This document shows, piece by piece, positions 22,388-32,663 of a stretch of DNA of 53,600 bases. The translations under genes were made by a program, and so were the position numbers. The first letter of the stretch is position 1; each line of letters begins with the position of its first letter. The notes under the pieces were generated by a model. The model saw only the letters and a program-made list of their open reading frames with translations, was not told the DNA's origin and did no database searches. Source of the DNA: an uncultured Bacteroidales bacterium (lineage in GTDB: Bacteria; Bacteroidota; Bacteroidia; Bacteroidales; F082); contig CAMUYT010000001.1 of NCBI GenBank assembly GCA_947164955.1, positions 1-53,600 on the forward strand, in the 5' to 3' direction.

Positions 22388-25300
22388 ATGAAAAAGTTGT
22401 GTAAAAATCAGGTGATTAACCGCTGCCTGATGATTCTGGTGGCGGTCTTCTGCTGCCTACAGACAGCGTTGGCCTACGACTTCTCGGCAGTAAGCCCGTC
22501 GGGACATACTATCTATTACAACATCGTCGAGGGTGGATACCAAATTCCCCGCGTGTCGGTGACTTATCCGAATACCAGTGAATCACCGTGGGGTAACATT
22601 CAAAGGCCATACGGTAATTTGGTGTTGCCTGAAACAGTGACTTATAACGGCACCACATATAACGTGGCTTACATAGGTTCGAAAGCATTCCAAGGTTGCG
22701 CAGGCTTAGTCTCTGTGGTCATTCCTTCGTGTGTGATTACCATCGAGTATAATTCTTTTTCGGGTTGCGAAAGTCTGACCACGGTGACCATTAATAGCGC
22801 CTCCATCGCTGCGGGCCCCTATAACTCCTCTTATAATTTAAAAAACATATTCGGAAACCAGGTCACGAGCTATACTATAGGCGCGGTGTCCACCATAGGT
22901 AGTTGTGCATTCTATGGTTGCACCAACCTAGCTTCGGTGACCCTCCACCATGCTATTCTTGCCATTGACAACAATGCCTTTTATGGTTGCAGCAACATGT
23001 ATAGGGTCAACATCACGGATTTGACCGCATGGCTCAGAATCAACTTTGTATCTAAGTATTCCAATCCGCTTTACTATGCACACAACCTTTATCTCAACGG
23101 AACTAAAATCACCGATTTGACTATCCCAAACGGTGTGTCTACCATTAAGCAATACGCTTTCCATGGTTGCTCTATGACCTCGGTGAACATTCCTAATTAT
23201 ACCGTGACTTCCATAGGCAACTCCGCATTCGAGAGCTGCTCAAGTCTGACCTCGGTGTACATTGGCAATTCAGTGACTTCCATAGGCGAGAATGCTTTCC
23301 GCGGATGCACTGGATTGCCCTCAGTATTTATACCCAGCAGCATAACCGTCATCAGTGCAGGAGTTTTCCGCGAATGCAGCAACTTGACATCGGTGGATCT
23401 CCCCAACGGTATCTCACAAATAGGCAATAACGCTTTCTACAATTGCAGCAGTCTGACCGATTTGGTCATACCGGATGAAGTGCCTTCAACAATTGGAGAC
23501 TATGCTTTCTGTGGCTGTTCAAGTCTAACCTCGGTGACCATCCCTAATACGGTGAACTCCATTGGGAACTTCGCATTCAGCTCATGCGGCAGCCTAACCT
23601 CGGTGACCATCAATAGCAACGCCATCGCCTCGCTCTCATACTCCGAATTGTATAATATGAAAAACAAATTCGGCAACCAAGTCACGAGATATACTTTTGG
23701 ATCAAACATCACTTCCATAGGCCAAAATGCATTTTATGACTGTACAGGCATGGCCGAGTTGATTCTACCCAGTTCTTTGTCTTCAATAGGAAACAATGCA
23801 TTCCAAAACTGCAGCGGCCTGAATAGGGTCCTAATAAGTGACTTGAATGCCTGGTATGAGATTGACTTTGCCAATGCCTACGCCAACCCCCTTTATTATG
23901 CCAACCATTTCTATGTTAACACAAATGAGGTTGTCAATTTGACCGTCACCAGTAACATATCTGAAATCAAAGACTATGCTTTCGTTGGTTACAAAGGCTT
24001 ACATTCGGTGAGTATTGGCTATTACGTGATATCCATAGGCAACTCTGCCTTCGAGAACTGCTCAGGTCTGACCTCGGTGACCATTGGCAACTCAGTGAAT
24101 ACCATAGGTGATGATGCGTTTAAGGATTGTACGAACTTGACCTCTGTAACCCTCAACAACAATGCCATCGCATCAGCCGACTACACCAGCTCCAACAACC
24201 TGAAAACCATTTTCGGCAATCAAGTCACAAACTATACTTTTGGGGCCATCGTTTATTCCATTGGCAAGTATGCCTGCTACGGCTGCACGGGCCTGACTTC
24301 GCTGACCTTTCCTAATACTTTGCAAACCATCGGATTGCATACATTCAACGGTTGCACAAGTCTGACCTCTGTTACCCTTCCCAGTTCAGTGTATTTTATT
24401 GACCAATCTGCATTCCAGGGATGCAGCGGCTTGAATGGAGTCGTTATCAGCAATTTGGCCGCTTGGTGCGCGATTGACTTTGGCAATGCCTACGCCAACC
24501 CCCTTTGTTATGCGAAGCATCTCTATCTTAACAATAACGAAGTCATTAATTTGACCATCCCCAGTAGCGTGTCTGAAATCAAGGACTTTGCTTTCACAGG
24601 CTCCACAGGCTTACATTCGGTGACCTTCCACAGCGACGTGACTTCCATAGGCAGCCAAGCATTCAAGAACTGTACACATCTGTCCGCTTTGAACATCCCT
24701 AGCACCATAACTTCCATCGGCGAATATGCTTTCGAAAACTGCTCAGGCATGACCTCTTTGACCCTGCCAAGCAACATGTCCTCAATAAGCCATGGCGTTT
24801 TCTATAACTGCACTGGCCTGACCGAGATACACGCCGGGGCCATGGTGCCACCTGTCATTGCCGGTAGCACCACTTTTGGTAATGTGCCTACGGCCATCCC
24901 CGTCTATGTGCCTTTGGGAAGCGCGCCTTCCTATCAAGCGGCGCAATATTGGTCAAGGTTCACCAATTACGTGGGTGCGATCGTCCCTGGCGACCTCACG
25001 GTGACCGTGCCTTATGAACAAGAATTCTATCAAAGTTTCATCCCTAGCAAATGGACCTCCTATGAAGGACAACTGGTCTGGAATGGCTCGATAAACAAGT
25101 ACACGGCCAACCTGTCGACGAACGTCGATCATTGGTACTTCGGATTTGTCAATGGCGTCTTCCTCTCATCCCACGCCTGGGCCAACATTGGGAACACGAA
25201 CCATGCCTTCTGGCTGGTGTCGCCCATCATGCACCTCGATGGAGCGTACAACATGCTCAGCTTCGATATGGCCCTTACCCAAGCCTCGGGCTTCTTGACG

Positions 25301-28300
25301 CCAGTTACCCCGGGCGCGCAAAACAACACGCGTATCTTTGCGCTCGTCTCGACCGACCACGGCTTGACATGGACCAAGCTTGAAGCCTGGAAACACAACA
25401 CAAATACTTATTCCGAAATTGAAAGCCTCACACCTCATGGCGCCACCTTTGCATACAACCTCGAGAATTATGCCGACCAGGACATCATGGTGGGTTTCTA
25501 TGTGGATTGCTCCAACGCTAACGACGCTTACAACCGCGTGCATATCGACAATTTCTTCGTTGGAGAATTCGACCCCTCCACACCGCCGACGGTCGCTGTT
25601 GACGACATCACAGGCTATACGGCCACAGTGTCTTGGACCCCTGCCTTCGCTTGGCAGCAAGGCTGGGACTTCTACTACAAAAGCGAATATGACGGTGTGC
25701 CGTATCCTAATTATGCCTCACTCGAAACCCTTCAGGCAACAGGGCGCTTTTTTCACCTTACGGAAACAAGCTATGCATTGCAGAATTTGACAGCTAATAC
25801 ATTTTATCAGGTTTGGGTAAGACACCGCGATGGCAGCGAGACCGGCAGTTGGAGCAGCCCGCTCGGTTTCACCACAACCTCGCAGTGCGCCCCGCCCAAG
25901 AACCCCCAAGTGGTGACCACGCAAACCACCGCCTACATCACTTGGGAACCTGGACAGCCCAACCAGACCAGCTGGGAAATCTATGTTGACCCTGGCTGGG
26001 ATATGGGCGAAGAACTTGAAGAACCATTCTTTTACATGGATGGCTTGACTCCAGGGACAGCGTTTGAAGCACATATTTTTGGACATTGTACTGAAGGTGA
26101 CGGCGATAGTGACCCTTTGTATATAGAGTTCTCGACCGATGACTACGACCATCTTACAGTGAATGATGGAACGTACTACAATGAGTTTTTGGTTATCAAT
26201 GGCGAAGAAACAGGTAGCAACAATTCTAAGTCACAGTTCATCATTCCCGCAGAGATGCTGACGGAGATGCAGTACAGCACCATCCAGAAGATATCGTTCT
26301 ACAGTGGACAGAACGGCCAGCCCTGGGGTTCGAGTGCAAGTTTCCAGGTCTATATGAAAGAAGTGGATTTCTTCGACTTTGACGCAGAAGGTTATTGTGA
26401 CGATTCATTTTATGATTGGGACAACTTATACCAATTCAATAACACCACACTACACATTGAGAACGGAAAGATGACCATTGAATCGGGATCGGGATTTGGT
26501 TTCCATTACACCAACGGCAACCTGCTCATCGGCATTAAGCAAAACTGGGTTGGAAACAACTGTCAAGTGGCATGGTATGGAGTTGGTACGCCCAACGCGT
26601 CTCCAGCTATGTACGAGCCTTCAAGTTATGCCCCACAATGTGTGCAATTCCTCCCCAAGACCACATTCGCATACGAGCCCGACCCTTACAAGCCGCCCAC
26701 CGACTTCTTTGCCTATCCCACTAGTAGCAACGAAGTGTATTTCGGCTGGATGCCACGCGAAGGGGTTACCTCTTACGACATTGAGGTCTCTTGGAGCCCC
26801 GACTTCGACGAGGAAGAAGACCAGCTTCTCACAGGCTTGGAAGAGACTGACTACACCTGGATTGACATTGACTATGAGTACCTATTCCCGAGCCGCACAT
26901 ACTACGCCCATATCCGCTCACATTATGTGGTGGATGGCACCGACCATATCAGCAGCTGGTCGGAAAGCTTCGAATTCGAGACGCTGGAGGCCTGTCCCGT
27001 TCCTACCGACCTGACTGCCACAGAGGTAGGCAACCTTATCGTTGAGCTGGATTGGACCGAGACTGGCGACGCCACCGAATGGGTAATCGCCTTCCAGGCG
27101 GACGGCGAGGTAGGCGAAAGGTACCTTAACACTTATCATCATCCCTATTATCTAGAAGCACCTTATCTCGAGCCTGGAACCACCTACACTGTGAGGATAC
27201 ATCCATTATGCCCTAACGGAGGCTTTGTCTTTTGTGAGCCCATCACCTTTACCACCTCCAGCAACATCATCTTCGATGACCCGGCGGTGAAGGCCCTCTG
27301 CGTTGCTTCATCCACGGGTTGGGACACTGATCGCGATGGCGAGCTGAGCTATACTGAGGCCGCCGAGGTAACAACATTAGGCGATGTGTTTAACAATAAT
27401 GATGAAATTACAACGTTCAATGAGTTGAAGTTTTTCACGGGTTTGACAAGCATCGTTGATCATGCATTTGGTGGTTGTGGCAATCTGACTTCCGTCGTCA
27501 TTCCAGTCGGCGTAACCAGCATCGGTACAAGCGCCTTTAGTTATTGCCCCAATCTTACCTCAGTCATCTTCCCAGAAGGTTTACAAACCATTGGCAATTA
27601 TGCTTTCATGTACGACTTTCACCTGGCCAATATCGATTTCCCTGAAAGCCTAATAACTATAGGTGCCCAAGCCTTCGACCATTGTACCAGTTTGACCTAC
27701 CTCTTTATCCCCGCTTCGGTAACCTATATTTCATACAGTACTTTCATAGGTTGTACGGGGCTGGAATATGTGAACGTTGCGCCTGGCAACACTGTCTACG
27801 ATTCGCGCAACGATTGCAATGCCATCATCTCGACAAACTATAATGAATTGCGTGTAGGCTGCAAGACCACGATGATCCCCAATACGGTGACTTCCATCGG
27901 TACGCATGCATTCCGTGAAAATACAGCCTTGACATCCATTGACTTGCCTGAAAGCATTACTGCAATCAATGACTATGCTTTCCTCCAGTGTTCAGGATTG
28001 AACGCCATTACATTACCCTCATCCCTAACTACGATAGGCAAGCGTGCGTTCAGGGATTGCACGGGCTTGCAATATATCACCGTCGAAGCCTCCACTCCGC
28101 CTACGCTTTCCACAGGCAGTGACGACTCTTTCCTTGGCGTCGACAAAACCATCCCAGTCTATGTGCTGTGCGACTATATGACGGATTATTATGACATTAA
28201 TGATTCTGGCACATGGGGCGGTTTCACCAACTTCATTGCCATCGACTGTGAGCAGCAGTCGCAAGTCATCGCCCTCCACCAAGGCTGGAACTGGTGGGCA

Positions 28301-28753
28301 CCGATAGGGGAAATGTATTTTGCCGACTTCGGCGATATCCTTGATCAAGGTCGAGGCCTTATCATCAACTCGCAGGACGATGGCTTCGCACGCTATGAGG
28401 ACGACCTCTGGCAAGGCACGCTGAGCGAATTTGTGCCCGGCAAGATGTACAAAATCAAGGTTAACGAGGACTGTACCATTGTCGTCACCGTCGCGCCGGT
28501 CACCTCGACCTCCGTCACCATCGCGCCTGGCTTCAACTGGATGGGCTACACAGGTCCGGCTGGCCTCAGCATCGCCACGGCATTGGGAAGCTTCGTGCCA
28601 AACGAAGGAGACGAGATCCACGATGAAGACGGCATACGCATGGCTTCATACGATGGCGAAACCTGGTCGGGTAACCTGTTGCAACTCGTGCCTGGCAAGG
28701 GCTATCTCTATTATTCCAACGCTACTGAAAGCAAGACGCTGACGTTCGAGTAA
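22388..28753 (+). CDS. Giant BspA-like leucine-rich-repeat surface protein (about 2121 aa)
   Basis: The ATG at 22388 is preferred over the TTG at 22382. TATTTTTG -7 box at 22340-22347. The signal-like N-terminus is followed by three ~210-aa LRR super-repeats (TINS.AIA...FGNQVT.YT...I.DL.AW..I.F...Y.NPLYYA). Next comes a central region with FN3-like segments (TGYTATVSWTPA..., TTAYITWEPG...). A second LRR block covers about 27300-28150, followed by the shared C-terminal module. Confidence 0.9.
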   Translation: MKKLCKNQVINRCLMILVAVFCCLQTALAYDFSAVSPSGHTIYYNIVEGGYQIPRVSVTYPNTSESPWGNIQRPYGNLVLPETVTYNGTTYNVAYIGSKAFQGCAGLVSVVIPSCVITIEYNSFSGCESLTTVTINSASIAAGPYNSSYNLKNIFGNQVTSYTIGAVSTIGSCAFYGCTNLASVTLHHAILAIDNNAFYGCSNMYRVNITDLTAWLRINFVSKYSNPLYYAHNLYLNGTKITDLTIPNGVSTIKQYAFHGCSMTSVNIPNYTVTSIGNSAFESCSSLTSVYIGNSVTSIGENAFRGCTGLPSVFIPSSITVISAGVFRECSNLTSVDLPNGISQIGNNAFYNCSSLTDLVIPDEVPSTIGDYAFCGCSSLTSVTIPNTVNSIGNFAFSSCGSLTSVTINSNAIASLSYSELYNMKNKFGNQVTRYTFGSNITSIGQNAFYDCTGMAELILPSSLSSIGNNAFQNCSGLNRVLISDLNAWYEIDFANAYANPLYYANHFYVNTNEVVNLTVTSNISEIKDYAFVGYKGLHSVSIGYYVISIGNSAFENCSGLTSVTIGNSVNTIGDDAFKDCTNLTSVTLNNNAIASADYTSSNNLKTIFGNQVTNYTFGAIVYSIGKYACYGCTGLTSLTFPNTLQTIGLHTFNGCTSLTSVTLPSSVYFIDQSAFQGCSGLNGVVISNLAAWCAIDFGNAYANPLCYAKHLYLNNNEVINLTIPSSVSEIKDFAFTGSTGLHSVTFHSDVTSIGSQAFKNCTHLSALNIPSTITSIGEYAFENCSGMTSLTLPSNMSSISHGVFYNCTGLTEIHAGAMVPPVIAGSTTFGNVPTAIPVYVPLGSAPSYQAAQYWSRFTNYVGAIVPGDLTVTVPYEQEFYQSFIPSKWTSYEGQLVWNGSINKYTANLSTNVDHWYFGFVNGVFLSSHAWANIGNTNHAFWLVSPIMHLDGAYNMLSFDMALTQASGFLTPVTPGAQNNTRIFALVSTDHGLTWTKLEAWKHNTNTYSEIESLTPHGATFAYNLENYADQDIMVGFYVDCSNANDAYNRVHIDNFFVGEFDPSTPPTVAVDDITGYTATVSWTPAFAWQQGWDFYYKSEYDGVPYPNYASLETLQATGRFFHLTETSYALQNLTANTFYQVWVRHRDGSETGSWSSPLGFTTTSQCAPPKNPQVVTTQTTAYITWEPGQPNQTSWEIYVDPGWDMGEELEEPFFYMDGLTPGTAFEAHIFGHCTEGDGDSDPLYIEFSTDDYDHLTVNDGTYYNEFLVINGEETGSNNSKSQFIIPAEMLTEMQYSTIQKISFYSGQNGQPWGSSASFQVYMKEVDFFDFDAEGYCDDSFYDWDNLYQFNNTTLHIENGKMTIESGSGFGFHYTNGNLLIGIKQNWVGNNCQVAWYGVGTPNASPAMYEPSSYAPQCVQFLPKTTFAYEPDPYKPPTDFFAYPTSSNEVYFGWMPREGVTSYDIEVSWSPDFDEEEDQLLTGLEETDYTWIDIDYEYLFPSRTYYAHIRSHYVVDGTDHISSWSESFEFETLEACPVPTDLTATEVGNLIVELDWTETGDATEWVIAFQADGEVGERYLNTYHHPYYLEAPYLEPGTTYTVRIHPLCPNGGFVFCEPITFTTSSNIIFDDPAVKALCVASSTGWDTDRDGELSYTEAAEVTTLGDVFNNNDEITTFNELKFFTGLTSIVDHAFGGCGNLTSVVIPVGVTSIGTSAFSYCPNLTSVIFPEGLQTIGNYAFMYDFHLANIDFPESLITIGAQAFDHCTSLTYLFIPASVTYISYSTFIGCTGLEYVNVAPGNTVYDSRNDCNAIISTNYNELRVGCKTTMIPNTVTSIGTHAFRENTALTSIDLPESITAINDYAFLQCSGLNAITLPSSLTTIGKRAFRDCTGLQYITVEASTPPTLSTGSDDSFLGVDKTIPVYVLCDYMTDYYDINDSGTWGGFTNFIAIDCEQQSQVIALHQGWNWWAPIGEMYFADFGDILDQGRGLIINSQDDGFARYEDDLWQGTLSEFVPGKMYKIKVNEDCTIVVTVAPVTSTSVTIAPGFNWMGYTGPAGLSIATALGSFVPNEGDEIHDEDGIRMASYDGETWSGNLLQLVPGKGYLYYSNATESKTLTFE
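28265..28750 (+). other. C-terminal two-repeat module (second copy of the module at 16741-17178)
   Basis: Repeat 1: IALHQGWNWWAP...DDGFARYEDDLWQGTLSEFVPGKMYKI. Repeat 2: VTIAPGFNWMGYTG...NEGDEIHDEDGIRMASYDGETWSGNLLQLVPGKGYLY. Confidence 0.7.
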
Positions 28754-28780
28754 GGGAGGGCCGCAACTTCACTGCATTTT

Positions 28781-28809
28781 GGCTCCGCCGATGGCAAATC
28801 GGTGGAGCC
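28781..28809 (+). terminator. Stem-loop GGCTCCGCCGA-TGGCAAA-TCGGTGGAGCC after the giant LRR gene
   Basis: 11-bp stem (one G-U pair) with the same TGGCAAA loop as the hairpin at 5056-5072. A T-run follows 9 nt later (28818-28822). Confidence 0.45.
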
Positions 28810-28879
28810 AATTACCGTTTTTGCCTGTTGCATTCAAAAAATTCCTACTTTTGCCGCCAAATTCCAAAAAGCGCATACC

Positions 28880-29785
28880 ATGTGGGTAGTTCTTTCATTG
28901 ATTTCGGCCTTCCTGTTAGGCTTCTACGACATCTTCAAGAAACAGACGGTCGTCAACAACGCCATCATCCCGGTGTTGTTCTATAGCACCATGATCAGCG
29001 GACTGCTGTTTGTGCCGCTCGTCCTCTTGTCGCATTTCAAGCCTTACGTCTTTCAAGGCGATTTCATGCAAAGACTTTTCATCGAGCCGATTACCGCCCG
29101 TCAGCATCTGCTCATCTTGGGCAAGACGGCCATCATCCTCTGCTCGTGGATGTTCAGCTATTCGGCCATGAAGCACCTGCCTATCACCGTGGTGGGACCC
29201 GTCAACCAGCTGCGCCCCGCCATTTCGGTCGTCCTGCTGTTCTTGATCTTCCAGGAGAAACTGACCCTTGTGCAGTGGATCGGCGTGGTGTTGGCCATCG
29301 TGTCGTTCTATCTGATGAACAAGTCGGGCAAGCTGGAAGGCATCCAGTTCAAGTCGAACAAATGGGTCTATATGCTGCTGGCGTCGGCGATTTTGGTCGC
29401 CTTGCGCGGCGTCTACGACCAGTTCCTCCTGAGCAAGGAAAACATCTCGCCTTCGACCATCCAGGCTTGGTATACCATCTACGACTTCCTCATGATGGCG
29501 GTGCTGTTTTTCCTCATCTGGTTCCCCAAGCGTAAGGAACAACCCTTCGAATGGCGTTGGGGCATCGCTGCCATGGCTGTCTTTGTCACCGTGGCCGATG
29601 TCATCTACCTTACCGGACTGAAGCAAGAGGCCGCCGTGGTTGTGCTTATTCCGCTGATTCTCTACGGCGTGCGTCTTGTCGTCTCCTTCGTCTACGGCAT
29701 CTTCGGCTTCAAGGAGCAGAACATCCGCAGCAAGATTATTCCCTTGCTGATGGTGCTGGCCGCGTTGGTCTGCCTCTGCGTCTGA
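28880..29785 (+). CDS. EamA/DMT-family transporter
   Basis: Multiple TM helices, MWVVLSLISAFLLGFYDIFKK.... TACTTTTG -7 box at 28846-28853. The track start (GTG 28802) lies inside the terminator hairpin. Confidence 0.75.
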   Translation: MWVVLSLISAFLLGFYDIFKKQTVVNNAIIPVLFYSTMISGLLFVPLVLLSHFKPYVFQGDFMQRLFIEPITARQHLLILGKTAIILCSWMFSYSAMKHLPITVVGPVNQLRPAISVVLLFLIFQEKLTLVQWIGVVLAIVSFYLMNKSGKLEGIQFKSNKWVYMLLASAILVALRGVYDQFLLSKENISPSTIQAWYTIYDFLMMAVLFFLIWFPKRKEQPFEWRWGIAAMAVFVTVADVIYLTGLKQEAAVVVLIPLILYGVRLVVSFVYGIFGFKEQNIRSKIIPLLMVLAALVCLCV

Positions 29786-29907
29786 GTTAGTTGAAAAAAA
29801 CGCCACTTTTCTTGTAAAAATCTGTGCGGATATGGAAATTTTCTATATTTGCGCCAGAATTGAAACGAGAAATCGAAAGATCCGACGTCAGTCAAAACTT
29901 TTTGGAT

Positions 29908-31677
29908 ATGGAAATTAAAAGAGTATTTGATCTTCTTGACAATTATGTGGAGAAGTATCCGAACCAGCAGGTAGCCCTCGCTGGCAAAAAGAACGGACAA
30001 TGGGTGAACTACAGCGTCCAATCCTACAAGGAACATGCCGACACTTTGAGTTATGCCTTGATTGAGTTGGGCATAGAGAAAGGCGACAAGGTAGCCATGA
30101 TCCTCACCAACCGTCCGGAATGGAACATGCTCGACATGGCCATCAGTCAAATTGGTGCCATCACCGTGCCGGTCTATCCCACCATCAGCGAGGAAGACTA
30201 TCGCTACATCCTTCACGACTGCGACGCCAAGATGGTCATCATCGATGGCCTCTCGGTGATGAACAAGGTGACCAACATCTTGCCGGATGCGCCCAACGTG
30301 AAATTGGTCTATACCATGGTCGACCGCGAGAAATACCCCTATTTCGACCAGCTACTTGAACTCGGAAGGGAACACCCTCGTGCTGAGGAGGTTGCCGCTC
30401 GCAAGGCCGCTGTCGATGAGATGGAATGCGCCACCATCATCTACACTTCGGGCACCACGGGCACACCCAAGGGCGTGATGCTCTCGCACCATAACCTGAT
30501 GAACCAGTTCCCCAACTTCCACTATACCATCAGCGAGGGTTCAAACAAGGCCTTCAGTTTCCTGCCAGTGTGCCATGCCTATGAGCGTGCGCTGATCTAT
30601 TGCTACCAATATCGTGGCATGTCCATCTATTACGCCGAAAGCCTGGCCACCATTGCCAGCGACATGCGTGAGATTCATCCCACGATGATGTGCGCCGTGC
30701 CGCGTGTGCTCGAGCGTTTCTATGATGCCATCTGCCAATCGGGTAAGAAACAAAAGGGCCTCAAGAAGTCGATCTTCTTCTGGGCCGTACGCCTCGGCGA
30801 ACGCTACAAGATTGACGCCACGAGCCGCAGCGGCTTCTACAACTGGAAGTTGGGATTGGCCGATAAACTGGTCTACAGCAAGATACGTTCGAATATCGGT
30901 GCCGAGAACTTCGACATCATCGTGTCGGGTGCGGCCGCCATCTCACAAAAGATTGCAGGCTTTTTCTCGGCCATCAAGATGCCGGTGTTCGAAGGCTATG
31001 GCTTGACCGAGACTTCGCCCGTCATTGCCGTGAGCAACCGCAACCCGCATGGTCGCGAGGTGGGTTATGTGGGTCAGCCACTGCCCGGGACGGAGGTGAA
31101 GATTGACGAAAACGGCGAGATCTGCTGCCGTGGCCACAATGTGATGATGGGTTACTACAAGCACCCCGAGCTGACCAAGGAGGTCATCGACGAGGAGGGC
31201 TGGTTCCACACGGGCGACATGGGCGAGTTTGACCAATACAATCGCCTGAAGATCACGGGCCGCATCAAGAGCCTCTTCAAGACCTCGGGCGGCAAGTACA
31301 TCAACCCCGATGTCATCGAAGCGAAATTCTGCGCATCGAAGCTGATCGAAAACATCCTCGTGGTGGGCGAGAACCAGAAATTCGCTGGCGCCCTCATCAT
31401 CCCGAGCTTCACCGACCTCAAGTCTTGGTGCGCTGCCGAGAAGATCCCATATACGACCAACGAGGAGATGATCAAGAATCCCGAAGTGCTGAAGCGTTTT
31501 GCCAAGGAAGTCAACGATTTGAACAAAGGTTTGGGCGAGACGGAAAAAATCAAGAAGCATATCTTGCTTGCCGACGAGTGGAGCATTGGCAATGGCTTGC
31601 TGACGCCAACGCTTAAAGCCAAACGTAAGGTCATCATCGCCAAGTATAAGGACGTGATTGAGCAGATGTTCGCTTGA
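29908..31677 (+). CDS. Long-chain fatty acid-CoA ligase (AMP-dependent synthetase)
   Basis: AMP-binding motif IIYTSGTTGTPKGVMLSH and GWFHTGDMG...RIKSLFKTSGGKYI. TATATTTG -7 box at 29844-29851, so the ATG at 29908 is preferred over the track start at 29824. Confidence 0.9.
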   Translation: MEIKRVFDLLDNYVEKYPNQQVALAGKKNGQWVNYSVQSYKEHADTLSYALIELGIEKGDKVAMILTNRPEWNMLDMAISQIGAITVPVYPTISEEDYRYILHDCDAKMVIIDGLSVMNKVTNILPDAPNVKLVYTMVDREKYPYFDQLLELGREHPRAEEVAARKAAVDEMECATIIYTSGTTGTPKGVMLSHHNLMNQFPNFHYTISEGSNKAFSFLPVCHAYERALIYCYQYRGMSIYYAESLATIASDMREIHPTMMCAVPRVLERFYDAICQSGKKQKGLKKSIFFWAVRLGERYKIDATSRSGFYNWKLGLADKLVYSKIRSNIGAENFDIIVSGAAAISQKIAGFFSAIKMPVFEGYGLTETSPVIAVSNRNPHGREVGYVGQPLPGTEVKIDENGEICCRGHNVMMGYYKHPELTKEVIDEEGWFHTGDMGEFDQYNRLKITGRIKSLFKTSGGKYINPDVIEAKFCASKLIENILVVGENQKFAGALIIPSFTDLKSWCAAEKIPYTTNEEMIKNPEVLKRFAKEVNDLNKGLGETEKIKKHILLADEWSIGNGLLTPTLKAKRKVIIAKYKDVIEQMFA

Positions 31678-31907
31678 TAGTGCATTATCCGCATGGGTCC
31701 ACTCGGTACGGCATTTTGATATAATCAGAACGAACTCGATTTTTTTGGAGGTTTTGTTCCGTATATCAAACCTTTTGTCTACTTTTGGAGCCTCGTTGTG
31801 ACAAAAAGCAAGGCACCGGAACCTTGTAAAACCCTGTAGTAACGGTCGGTTAATACATATAAAAGGTGCGGTGCCCTGCAAAAAACAGTTACATCAGTTT
31901 AGAGACG

Positions 31908-32663
31908 TCATCCGACAGGTTCTGTGGAAGGAATTACGGATGGCGTTTCTTTTCTGCCCTTACGGCGACGCAGTTTGGCGTTCTCGGCCCTGATTTGGGC
32001 GTCGACCAACTTGGCGAACGCGCCGTAGGTGGCGGTATCCTCGTTGCACTTGGCTTCAAGATGCACCACCAACTTCTGGTTGATGAGTTCTACGATCTCC
32101 TCTTTCAGGTCGGTGGCCGACTCGGTCTTGTCCTCCAAGATGCGCTGTTGGTATTCCAGCAGCTTCGTCTCGAACGACGACTCGGCGTCGCGCAGCTGGT
32201 CCACCGCCGTCTTCATGGTGTCTAACTCGTCAAGATGCACGGTCAGGTCGCCAGCCGACAGGCGGAGGAGCAACGATTGGATGAGAGCAGTCTTGCTCTG
32301 GTAGTTGCCAGCCTGTATTGCGGAGAGGTAGGTCTCGAACACAGGCTTCAAAGCAGTCCAATGGGACTGGATGTGCTCGTTGGGCAACTTGTCGTAACCC
32401 TTCTTGAGGTTGACCAAGGCGCTGACGCACCTCATGCGGTGCGCATCGAAGGTCTCCAAAGAAGAGATGAGACGGTTGTTCCTCAGAGCGTCGAGGATAC
32501 GGTCCGACAGGCCTCTCAGGTCTGTCATCACGTTGCGCAGATATACGTCTGCAGAGAGTTCTGTGCTGCGGCTTTCATAGATGCCGCACACGGTATGGGC
32601 GAGGCCCGCAACTTCGGCGACCTTCAGCCCTTGTAAAAGACGGAAATAATGATTTTGATTCAT
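31908..32663 (-). CDS. Hypothetical helical protein (251 aa)
   Basis: Start set at MNQNHYFRLLQGLK (ATG 32663-32661). The 129 codons upstream in the track ORF are R/P/G/A-rich and look non-coding. I recognise no family with confidence. Confidence 0.6.
   Translation of the reverse strand: MNQNHYFRLLQGLKVAEVAGLAHTVCGIYESRSTELSADVYLRNVMTDLRGLSDRILDALRNNRLISSLETFDAHRMRCVSALVNLKKGYDKLPNEHIQSHWTALKPVFETYLSAIQAGNYQSKTALIQSLLLRLSAGDLTVHLDELDTMKTAVDQLRDAESSFETKLLEYQQRILEDKTESATDLKEEIVELINQKLVVHLEAKCNEDTATYGAFAKLVDAQIRAENAKLRRRKGRKETPSVIPSTEPVG

Noticed and set aside
31678-31907. att site, tRNA or integrase at the island borders
   Set aside because: There are only weak inverted repeats (TTTGATATA...TATATCAAA; GGCACCG...CGGTGCC). 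There is no tRNA-like sequence, no direct repeat matching the right border at 46730-46754, and no recombinase gene.
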